Shown piece by piece: positions 55,776 to 64,000 of a stretch of 64,000 nucleotides of DNA. Origin of the DNA: a virus. Taxonomy: Duplodnaviria; Caudoviricetes. Position numbers and translations under genes: made by a program. The first letter of the stretch is position 1, and every line of letters begins with the position of its first letter. The notes under the pieces are model-generated. The model saw only the letters and a list, made by a program, of their open reading frames with translations, made no database searches and was not told where the DNA came from. Location of the stretch: the IMG/VR virus record IMGVR_UViG_3300025410_000009. One strand, 5' to 3'.

Positions 55776-57065
55776 TTATTGAAGTGCCAATATAAATGGT
55801 GTCATAAGAGCAAACATGCTCTTGGTAAATGCATCGCCTGATATGGTTCCAGTGGCTTGATTGATCACTAGATTGGAGCCAATTTTGAAATTACCTTTGT
55901 GGTCGGTACTGGTTACTGTGACTCGACCGCCACCTGACATGACCACTTCGTTGGCTGCAATGGGGATTCCGCCGTATTGTGGTAGTGCAGTAATTGGGTT
56001 AGTCCCAGCACCCACATACTCAAAGGTGTGTGCACTGGCCACCACTGCGCTGCGTTGGTAAAAGCTCACTGTGGTTCCGGTTGGCAAGTTGTTGGTATAG
56101 ATTTCTTGTATGTTCACTTGCCAAGTGATGCTGTCCAACTGTGCAATGGTGTCGATACTGTAGTAATTGGGGTCACCATCAATGACCATGGTTTGGTTCA
56201 CATGTGGTGGGTTGGTTAGATTGTGCAGGATAAACACACCCAGTGTGCTGACACCGTAAGTGACACCTGTGCTCAACAAGGGCCCAACACCGGTGGCTTT
56301 AAGACCATAGTTGCCAATGCTGGTGTCAGACCCGTTCAAGGTACAAAATGCACCCGAATCACACCAAATGCCCACATCGCAGGCAATGGTGTAGATGTTG
56401 ACCAGCTGACTGTAGCCGCTGTTGGTGATGTGTACACCAATCCCGCCTTGATTAATGATTGTAAAGAAACCCACAATCATGGCCTTGGTACTGATGGCAC
56501 TGGTCAAAGATCCGTCAATGTAGACTGCTGTGCCCACTGTGGTACTGCTGGTTATGTTCTGTATGTAGGGACTGACGAATACATTCTGTCCTGACTTGCT
56601 GGGATCAAATGCAAACCCACTGGCCAAGTAATCCTTGATGGTTATGCCCCAAACATAGCAGCCAGATCCGGTATAAAACAGGTCTGAGCTGGGGTTATTG
56701 GGGTAAACAAAAACTGTACGCAGATCATTGCCCACCAAACTGACATTGGCAGGAATGGAAATGGGATTGTTTTCGTAGTAGCTGCCAGGTGCAATCTGTA
56801 CTGTGGTGCCCGAAGTGGCTGCTGTTAGTGCAGCACCAATGGTCAAAAACGGATCCAGCAAGCCCCCGGTGTTGGAGTCTGAGCCATTTTTGGCCACATG
56901 CAGGACATTTTGTAAATTGGTAAAGTTCGATGGAGTACCTGCGCTGCCAGTGTAACCCACCGTGGTGCTGATAGCCTGCCAAAAACGACCATTCCACTGC
57001 CAGGTACGGTCATTTAGGGTGTAGGTATCATTGAGATTGGGTGATGCGGGGAAATTTAAGGCCAT
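55776..57065 (-). CDS. Tailspike-like protein with a pectin-lyase-like parallel beta-helix
   Basis: N-terminal FPASP...TWQWNG..W module; HVAKNGSDSN.G....PFLTI..AL......TV.IAPG.Y.E beta-helix cap. Confidence 0.65.
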   Translation of the reverse strand: MALNFPASPNLNDTYTLNDRTWQWNGRFWQAISTTVGYTGSAGTPSNFTNLQNVLHVAKNGSDSNTGGLLDPFLTIGAALTAATSGTTVQIAPGSYYENNPISIPANVSLVGNDLRTVFVYPNNPSSDLFYTGSGCYVWGITIKDYLASGFAFDPSKSGQNVFVSPYIQNITSSTTVGTAVYIDGSLTSAISTKAMIVGFFTIINQGGIGVHITNSGYSQLVNIYTIACDVGIWCDSGAFCTLNGSDTSIGNYGLKATGVGPLLSTGVTYGVSTLGVFILHNLTNPPHVNQTMVIDGDPNYYSIDTIAQLDSITWQVNIQEIYTNNLPTGTTVSFYQRSAVVASAHTFEYVGAGTNPITALPQYGGIPIAANEVVMSGGGRVTVTSTDHKGNFKIGSNLVINQATGTISGDAFTKSMFALMTPFILALQ

Positions 57066-57130
57066 ACAATATTCTTTATCTAATATTTAGCATCACTACA
57101 TCCTTAATTAAAAGATGGATGCGGCCAAGA

Positions 57131-57153
57131 GAATGGGCTCCGGGAGCCCATTC
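57131..57153. terminator. 10-bp perfect hairpin after the 945-aa gene (weak terminator or processing site)
   Basis: GAATGGGCTC-CGG-GAGCCCATTC with only a short T-run. Confidence 0.5.
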
Positions 57154-57158
57154 GAGTT

Positions 57159-59996
57159 TTAAGCCTGTGCTTCAGTCCATGAAATCCGAGCGTTAATGGT
57201 GTTTGTATTACCACCAATCGCAGTGGCACAAATTGTAATAACGTCAGGCCCATCCGGGAAGATACCGTTGGCAGTAGCTGATGGGGTCAAACTTAACCCG
57301 CCACCCAAGATACTGTTACCAATGTCTCGAACCAAGTTCAAGTCCTGGCTGGTGGTAGCATTGGCATTGGTAAAGAAGCCGTAAATACTTTCACCACCGG
57401 TAATGGTCTGTGATGTCACGTGATAAGCAATTTGTGCTAGACTAGAACCGCCCACTGGAGAAAAGTTACCGCCACCGCTGCTGATTTTACCATTTAGCAC
57501 CAAGTCAATTCTGAACGGAGTTGTACCACAATACGAGTCCATACTACGTAGAGTCAACTGCATACGATTGATAATTTCACGTGTGCCCAACAAGCCAGTT
57601 TGTCCACTGTCCACGCTGGGGCCCACACGAATAGTCATAAGTGGTACACGAGTATTTTGTGTCAAGTTGGTCAAAGCGGTGTTAAAGCCAGCGTTAAACA
57701 CGAACGATTTATCGTCATCAAAGCGTCCGTCCATGATCACGCTGCTACCCCAGTGACTGATTGTGCTGGCCTGTTGTGGTGCATACAATTGTGCCTGGAT
57801 GGGCGCTGTGGCCGAGTAGGTGAATGTTGTTGCCGAGCCGTAGCCTTGAGCTTGTGCACGCGAACCAATCACCAAACCAGTTGTACCAACTTTTGCTGTG
57901 TAAGTGATATACTCAATGACGGCACCGGTTGCTGCAGCCTGTGTCAAGATCACTGTGCCAGTGCTGGGCCATAGCGAGCAATCTGCCACCGAAATAGTGC
58001 TGCCCGAGCCGGCGCTGCTGGGCACAGAAGCTGTGATATAGGTGTAGTAGGGAATGGTGCTGGTTTCATAACGTGCCACCAAGTTACCGCTGCGGATATA
58101 GGCTTCGGTGTTGATGTTGTTGTTGGGGATTCTGTGGCAGAATATGACTTCACCACGGTTGTTCTTGAATCCAAAACGAACTGCGCCAGCGCCATACCAG
58201 GTAAAGTCCATGTAGAACATCTGCATTTTACCCAGGTCCAAGGTCATCAAACTGGCACCAGTGCCGTCCATCTTGTCGATATTCCAAGCCGACTGCGGAT
58301 AACGTGTGGTAATGATTTTACTCATTTGAGCATTGACCACGTTAGTGGCGCCGCGGTATTCGGGATACACATACATCTGAGTATCGCTAGCAATGGTCTG
58401 TACAAAATATGTTTGTCCACGAATGACCACAGCGTCGCCGGGTTTCAGTTCACTGGAGAATTTGGTTGCCGAGCCAGTCACGCTGGGGCTACCGGCAGTC
58501 ACGCTCACGTTACCTGAAGTTTGTGTGGTACTGTTACGCAAGCAAGCATAAATGGTTTGACCATCAAATTCGTAGAAGAAACCGTTTTGGCTATCAAACA
58601 TGCCAATACGATTGCTGCTGCCGTACCAGGATTGTGGGTTAATGACCAAGGGAAAACCGGTTGCTGGGCTACCGCTTGGAGTAGAAGCTGCAGTATAGGT
58701 AAATGTCAGTGGGGTTGGTGCTGTTACCACAACATAAGTGCTACCACCAGCAACACCAACGCCGTTGTAGGCAGTTTCGTTGGCACCGGAAATTCTCAGT
58801 GCTGCACCAGGTTGCAGACCATGTGGGAATTTGGTGGTCACTGTCACAGTGGTACCCACTGAAGTGATACCGTCAACCTGCACCGATGGTTTCAAAATAC
58901 TACCAGTTGAGAACTGAATACCTTTACCTGATTGGTAACGGAACTGACGTCGTGTTTGACGAATAACTTGGTATCCATGATAGGGCTGCACGTTACTGAA
59001 TTGCACACCGCCGTCAAAGGCACGATGCTGCACATAGCCAATGATTCTGGGATAGATACTGGCATTTAGCACTGCAGTGATTGTGGTGCTGGGTGCTGTG
59101 CCCACTGTGATGGTGAACGAGTTGTTGGTGGGTGTGGTTTGAACAATATAGCTGCTGTTGATGGAAGTAGCAGGGCCAGTTGTGCCCACAACATAAATGC
59201 TGTCACCAGGCTGTAGACCGTGAGCATAAGTGGTTGTTGCAGTCACAGTGGTACTGGAATACGTAAACGCTGTGGTAGCAGCTGGAATAGCTGATCCAGT
59301 GTAGAATGTGCCAGGATAAAAATAAGTCTTGTTGGCATCATACAAGGTTGAGGCCGGAGCATTGATACAGGTAAACACAATAGTGGAACCTGTGGTACCA
59401 GTTTCTGTGATCCACCAGCCGTCAGCGTTACCAGCATCCAGTGTGCCCTGTAGGAAGAACGGAGTGCCCACACTCAAACCGTGTGCGGCTGCAGTGGTGA
59501 TGGTGACTGTTTTGGTCGACACTGAAATTGCACTCAGTGCGATTGTGATAGTGGGGTCATAAAACGCACTGGGTCTATTGTTCAACAGCGTGGTACTTTC
59601 CCATTTTGTGGGCTGTACACCGTATTCAAAGTCGGTATCGATCAAGCTCTGTGGTGTACTGGTACGCAGTTTGTCTACAGGATCGCGGTAAGTTTCTGCC
59701 GGGATCATTTCGGTATAGGTTTCTTCGTACAAGATCGACAGTTTGTCCGTGGTGCTCATGGCACTGGTACTGTAACCGGTCAGCTGAATTGTTGTGGTTT
59801 CTTGGCCAGTTGTGGTGCTGATCTGATTATAAATGGCAGCGCCCAGGGTACTGTCCGAAAAGTTGTACATGACCACGTTGCGTGTGACATTGGTGACCAA
59901 CAACAATTGTTCTTGTCTAATGCTTTTACCAGTTACTACAATGTTGCCGGTACTGGGTGTGAATGCATATGATTCTAATATTACGTGCTTTGCCAT
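57159..59996 (-). CDS. Large virion structural protein with repeated small beta domains
   Basis: Three T.TT...HGL.(V/P)G repeats; late-region context. Confidence 0.65.
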   Translation of the reverse strand: MAKHVILESYAFTPSTGNIVVTGKSIRQEQLLLVTNVTRNVVMYNFSDSTLGAAIYNQISTTTGQETTTIQLTGYSTSAMSTTDKLSILYEETYTEMIPAETYRDPVDKLRTSTPQSLIDTDFEYGVQPTKWESTTLLNNRPSAFYDPTITIALSAISVSTKTVTITTAAAHGLSVGTPFFLQGTLDAGNADGWWITETGTTGSTIVFTCINAPASTLYDANKTYFYPGTFYTGSAIPAATTAFTYSSTTVTATTTYAHGLQPGDSIYVVGTTGPATSINSSYIVQTTPTNNSFTITVGTAPSTTITAVLNASIYPRIIGYVQHRAFDGGVQFSNVQPYHGYQVIRQTRRQFRYQSGKGIQFSTGSILKPSVQVDGITSVGTTVTVTTKFPHGLQPGAALRISGANETAYNGVGVAGGSTYVVVTAPTPLTFTYTAASTPSGSPATGFPLVINPQSWYGSSNRIGMFDSQNGFFYEFDGQTIYACLRNSTTQTSGNVSVTAGSPSVTGSATKFSSELKPGDAVVIRGQTYFVQTIASDTQMYVYPEYRGATNVVNAQMSKIITTRYPQSAWNIDKMDGTGASLMTLDLGKMQMFYMDFTWYGAGAVRFGFKNNRGEVIFCHRIPNNNINTEAYIRSGNLVARYETSTIPYYTYITASVPSSAGSGSTISVADCSLWPSTGTVILTQAAATGAVIEYITYTAKVGTTGLVIGSRAQAQGYGSATTFTYSATAPIQAQLYAPQQASTISHWGSSVIMDGRFDDDKSFVFNAGFNTALTNLTQNTRVPLMTIRVGPSVDSGQTGLLGTREIINRMQLTLRSMDSYCGTTPFRIDLVLNGKISSGGGNFSPVGGSSLAQIAYHVTSQTITGGESIYGFFTNANATTSQDLNLVRDIGNSILGGGLSLTPSATANGIFPDGPDVITICATAIGGNTNTINARISWTEAQA

Positions 59997-60000
59997 TTAA

Positions 60001-60402
60001 TTAATCTCCTAGTGCGACTGTGGTGGCTGAAAAAGGGTATCGTCGTGTTTGTTTTGTGGTACTGGTATTACGCCAGGTCAGTGAGCAAATCGAACCCACT
60101 GCAGGTGCTTTGTATATGATCAGGTTACCACCTAGATTACTTATGTTATCAGTCACACGGTACTGATTTATTGGCGCTATGATAGAAATCCAGGGCCAGG
60201 TGTAAGTGGTAACGTAAGGAATCAGTCGTAAGCCATTGACAACAACTTCTAGATCTCGACTGTCAACTATGCTGGTCACAGTGGTTTGTTCTAGACGTAA
60301 CGGGAATACTGTGCGAACTCCAGTAAATGAATTGGTGATAGAGTTCAACAGCACAGGCGCTTGGGCTGTGCTTGCAAATCCGGGTATTGTGGTTAAGGCC
60401 AT
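60001..60402 (-). CDS. Small virion-like protein
   Basis: 133 aa, preceded by CATAAATA (60408-60415). Confidence 0.6.
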   Translation of the reverse strand: MALTTIPGFASTAQAPVLLNSITNSFTGVRTVFPLRLEQTTVTSIVDSRDLEVVVNGLRLIPYVTTYTWPWISIIAPINQYRVTDNISNLGGNLIIYKAPAVGSICSLTWRNTSTTKQTRRYPFSATTVALGD

Positions 60403-60415
60403 ACTTGTATTTATG

Positions 60416-63400
60416 TTATAGTGTCTGCAGCGGACCGGTTGGCGGTGTAAAGTTGGCGGTGTAACGTGCTACACCGTTGGTGATGCGTAGATCGTCGATG
60501 TAGCCTTGGTACCAAACAGCTCCGCTGGCGCCTAGTGTACCACCGCTATTATAATAGTTGCCTACACTGATGGGCACTGTGGTTAATGCAGATAGGGTAG
60601 AAGCATTGGTTGCAGATCCCACACTAACACCGTTTTGATATAGTGTAAAAGTTGTACCATTTTTAACCACAGCCACATGTACCCATGTGTTTGTAGAAAA
60701 AGTTGTACTGGCACTAACCAATACTACGCCAGTACTGTAGGGAGCCCAATTCCAAGTTAAAGTTAAATTAGTAAATCCAAGTATCCAACCAGCGTAGTTT
60801 GTAGTCTGATTCCACTGTGCTGCAATAGTGGTAAGCGAACCCGAAGTTGCAGCAGTACTGTAGAACCAGCACTCTACGGTAAAATTGCCACCACTTATCA
60901 GATTTAAAGATGGATTGTACGGTATCGCCAAGGCGCTGGTAGACCCATCAAACGACACAGCACCAGTACCATATTTGACATAGGTGTTACCAGCGCTGGT
61001 TCGAGATGTGCCCACAGTGACTATATTTGTACGGCTGGTGGCATCTAGCACGCCAGCATTGGTGCCCAACAACAAGAGACTGGTATTGGCTGTGGGTGCG
61101 GGTGGTGCAGTTGGCGGAGTGAAGTTTGTGGTATAGAGTGCGGTTCCTTTAATAAATCGTAAATTACTAATATAACCATTAAGATAAATTGTACTATAAA
61201 ATCCAATAGTAGTCGCCGCACCGCTTGCTACACCAGTTGTAGCGGCTGACCCTTGAGCTGTACCATTAACAAACAAGCGAGTTGTTGCACCGTCGCACGA
61301 AACAACAACATGATACCAGCTACTAGCTGCATAAGTACCAGTTGATGTAATTTGAGTACCAACATATGATTTATCAACAATGAATTTTCCGCCCGAAAAT
61401 GCAAAACATAGATATCCGCTCAAGTACTGTGCCCAAAAATATCCAGTAGTACTAATAGGAAAAACCCAGCATTCAAATGTGAATGACCCGTTTTGATCAA
61501 AAGCAGTACTATTTGCCAGCTGAAGATAATCAGTTGAACCATTAAAATACATGCTGCCGCCCACTATCGAGGTCGAGTATGTGGTTGACGGATTAAATGG
61601 CGATACTGGTTGTACCACAGGGGTACCAACTGAAGATACTGTAAAAGCATTATTACTGGTGTCTTGAAAACCACTGGTTAAACATGTCAAAACTTGTGTG
61701 CCTGTTATTGCGGTTAGCGGTACTGAACTAGGTGTAAATGGTGTGGTATATACTGTAGAGCCAGTGACTACACGGAAATTACTGATATATCCTATAAAAG
61801 GGTCAATATAGGTATAACTGCTGTAACTGTAATTTGTTGCCCCAATATATAGACTTTGACTACCAATGCACGGCCAAGTGCCACTTAGTGTTGGATTACT
61901 ACTGAATTGGCTAGTTATGTCTACTCCATTAACATACCAAAGACTAGAGGTGCCGGTATAGGTCCACGCAACATGTGTCCAGGTGTTTAAAGGAATTAGT
62001 GTGGTACTAGTAACGCTGATATAACCACCACCATCTCGTACTATCAGTAAGTAGCCGGTGCTGCTTACCTTTAACGCATTGTACTGCGGATTACCGCTGT
62101 TCAAACTCCAAATTGTGGCTGCACCAGTGGGGCTGGTTCCAGACGAATACCCAGTTAAATAAATCCAACATTCTATAGTTCCTTTAGAATTTCCTGGTGC
62201 AACCAGTGTACTTGCAGGAAAAGTTAAGAAAGGATACGATGTTGTAGTACCAGAACCACTCACGTACACACTCCAACCACTTTGACTGAATGGTGTAAAT
62301 GTGCCTTGTGTGGGGGTGCCGTTGCGAGTCACTGCCAAGTTGAACACGCTGTCGTCCTGGAACACATTATTATTGTTGCTTTGTCGTGTTTGCAAAGTCA
62401 ACAGGGAGGTGTTTGCCACAGCAGTCAGCGGTTGTGTGGGCAGAGCAAAAGGAGCGGTGTATATGGCAGTGCCTTTTACAAATCTTGCATTAGATATATA
62501 GCCTGGAAAATAACTTCCACTAGCATTAGTTTGAATTCCTATGTTCAACGGATTCGATGTGTTTGAATCAAGTGTATTATCTGTAACCTGTGCTACAGAT
62601 ATTCCGTTAAGATATATTGTTGTGTTATTGGTTCCTGTACCATTTCTAACTATTGCAATATGATACCATTGCCCGGCGAGAAGATATGGAGTATATGATG
62701 CAATAAACGTATTGTTAATAACCCAGCCTAAGCCCTTGGCTCCAGATGTATAATTTACAAGTATACCCCAACCTGGAATATTACTGCCGCCCTGGTAAGT
62801 GCCCATCACCTCTTGCCCATAGGTGGCGCCGGTGCCACTGGTTAAATATATCCAGGCTTCGGCTGTATAGCTACCCGAACCCAACACCAAGTTAGCATTA
62901 AACGGAGTTGACAAATACCCAGTTGATCCATCAAACAGGCCCGAACCCACAGTGTTAACATTGGCTGTGGTAGTGGGCACAGCAAATGGACTAGCAGCAA
63001 CCACAGCCACGTTGCCGGTAGTGGTCAAGGCAAATGCGCTGTTACCAGAATCAGTGATTGTGGAATTCAAGCAGGTCAACAATGCGGTACTAGACACTGT
63101 GGTGTAAGGTGTAGTACTGGGAGTAAAGTTGGCTGAAAATAACTGTGTGTTACTGATTCTAAAATTGCTTAGTCGGTAGGCCGACAAGTTGGTGCTGGTA
63201 TAGCCAATGCCCAATCTAATGGGATTGGTGGTGTATAAATTAAAGGTATACGCATTGGTCAAGCCCAACGACACCCCTTGACCGTTGTAGTAGATGTCCC
63301 AAGTTGTGCCATCAGATCGGCGCTGTACCACTATGTGTGTCCAAACAAACGGTGTTATCGGTACCGAGTTTGATATACTACCCGACGAAAAACCAAATCC

Positions 63401-64000
63401 GTTGGGACCCATGGGGAAACTTATGCCGGCATTGGTGACGTCAAGCTCCCACCATACAACACCAACTGAACTGGTCCAAGCCGATGTCACAATACAAGTC
63501 CATGTGGCTGCTATTGGTGTGGGATAGATCCAAAAATCAAAAGTGAATCCACCAGTGTTAACGCTGGGAAATATGGTGTTTGATGCTGCCTGTGTCAGTG
63601 CTACACCATTGGCGCTGGGCGCAAAGTAATTGCTGTAGTAGCCGTTGGTGTAGTTGTTGTATGTGGCTGGACTGGCCACTGGTCCAAACGGTTGGTTGGT
63701 CTGTATTTTGGGTGTACCGCCCAGTACTATAGGTATGCCACTGGCATAGTCAACAAAACCAGGACCTTGAGCAGTCAAGAACACAGTGCCTGCAATGGCA
63801 GTCAAGGGTGCAGTACTTGGTGTAAACACCGTGGTACCTGTTGTGGTACTGGCGGTGCTATAAGCACTGGGAATGGTGCCGTTCATGATACGCAGGTTAG
63901 ACAAGTATCCTGCAGCATAATAGGTACCAGCATACAAACCCACCAGCTGAGCAACACCGGTCTGCAACAGATTTTGGGTGCCAGTTGCGTTGTATCCCTG
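60416..64000 (-). CDS. Multi-LamG fibre/adhesin protein, 5' end truncated by the window edge
   Basis: Frame is open to position 64000. About five or more LamG repeats (FTFDFWIY, YTAEAWIY, TIECWIY, FTFECWV, FTVECWF, each followed by a W.H and GY.SN/DD.R motif). Confidence 0.82.
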   Translation of the reverse strand, partial: QGYNATGTQNLLQTGVAQLVGLYAGTYYAAGYLSNLRIMNGTIPSAYSTASTTTGTTVFTPSTAPLTAIAGTVFLTAQGPGFVDYASGIPIVLGGTPKIQTNQPFGPVASPATYNNYTNGYYSNYFAPSANGVALTQAASNTIFPSVNTGGFTFDFWIYPTPIAATWTCIVTSAWTSSVGVVWWELDVTNAGISFPMGPNGFGFSSGSISNSVPITPFVWTHIVVQRRSDGTTWDIYYNGQGVSLGLTNAYTFNLYTTNPIRLGIGYTSTNLSAYRLSNFRISNTQLFSANFTPSTTPYTTVSSTALLTCLNSTITDSGNSAFALTTTGNVAVVAASPFAVPTTTANVNTVGSGLFDGSTGYLSTPFNANLVLGSGSYTAEAWIYLTSGTGATYGQEVMGTYQGGSNIPGWGILVNYTSGAKGLGWVINNTFIASYTPYLLAGQWYHIAIVRNGTGTNNTTIYLNGISVAQVTDNTLDSNTSNPLNIGIQTNASGSYFPGYISNARFVKGTAIYTAPFALPTQPLTAVANTSLLTLQTRQSNNNNVFQDDSVFNLAVTRNGTPTQGTFTPFSQSGWSVYVSGSGTTTSYPFLTFPASTLVAPGNSKGTIECWIYLTGYSSGTSPTGAATIWSLNSGNPQYNALKVSSTGYLLIVRDGGGYISVTSTTLIPLNTWTHVAWTYTGTSSLWYVNGVDITSQFSSNPTLSGTWPCIGSQSLYIGATNYSYSSYTYIDPFIGYISNFRVVTGSTVYTTPFTPSSVPLTAITGTQVLTCLTSGFQDTSNNAFTVSSVGTPVVQPVSPFNPSTTYSTSIVGGSMYFNGSTDYLQLANSTAFDQNGSFTFECWVFPISTTGYFWAQYLSGYLCFAFSGGKFIVDKSYVGTQITSTGTYAASSWYHVVVSCDGATTRLFVNGTAQGSAATTGVASGAATTIGFYSTIYLNGYISNLRFIKGTALYTTNFTPPTAPPAPTANTSLLLLGTNAGVLDATSRTNIVTVGTSRTSAGNTYVKYGTGAVSFDGSTSALAIPYNPSLNLISGGNFTVECWFYSTAATSGSLTTIAAQWNQTTNYAGWILGFTNLTLTWNWAPYSTGVVLVSASTTFSTNTWVHVAVVKNGTTFTLYQNGVSVGSATNASTLSALTTVPISVGNYYNSGGTLGASGAVWYQGYIDDLRITNGVARYTANFTPPTGPLQTL

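Noticed and set aside
42868-64000. Diversity-generating retroelement acting on fibre tips
   Set aside because: No reverse transcriptase in the window and no template/variable pair differing only at adenines was seen. It cannot be excluded outside the window.
1-64000. Stop-codon reassignment, as in some large phages
   Set aside because: Core genes are full length in code 11, and TAA, TGA and TAG all end genes at sensible boundaries.

Overview
This 64-kb window is a fragment of a large T4-like (jumbo) myophage genome in genetic code 11, with most genes on the minus strand. From left to right: (1) a sugar-modification operon (GT9-like partial gene, NDP-hexose C-methyltransferase, RmlB-like dehydratase); (2) a tightly coupled GNAT / ACP / PP-loop ATPase / GNAT-like / fatty-acid desaturase / GNAT cluster downstream of two tRNAs. 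One is tRNA-Ile2(CAU); the other is tRNA-Leu(UAA), split by a 213-nt Azoarcus-type group I intron that the ORF track does not show. (3) Recombination and replication genes (uvsY, uvsX, gp32-like SSB); (4) terminase, HNH and probable internal head proteins; (5) head completion, tail tube, sheath, dNMP kinase, neck and tail terminator; (6) a glycosyltransferase-carbamoyltransferase cassette embedded among structural genes; (7) about 21 kb of modular fibre/adhesin genes with Gly-Tyr-Thr/Gly-Ser-X triplet repeats and LamG domains, the last one truncated by the window edge. Both sigma70-type (TTGACA/C-N17-TATAAT-like) and T4-late-type (xxTAAATA) promoters are visible. The three best leads are the ACP/desaturase/GNAT/PP-loop acylation cluster, the intron-containing phage tRNA, and a probable virion glycosylation/carbamoylation system. 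All family assignments come from motif recognition by eye; no database search was run.
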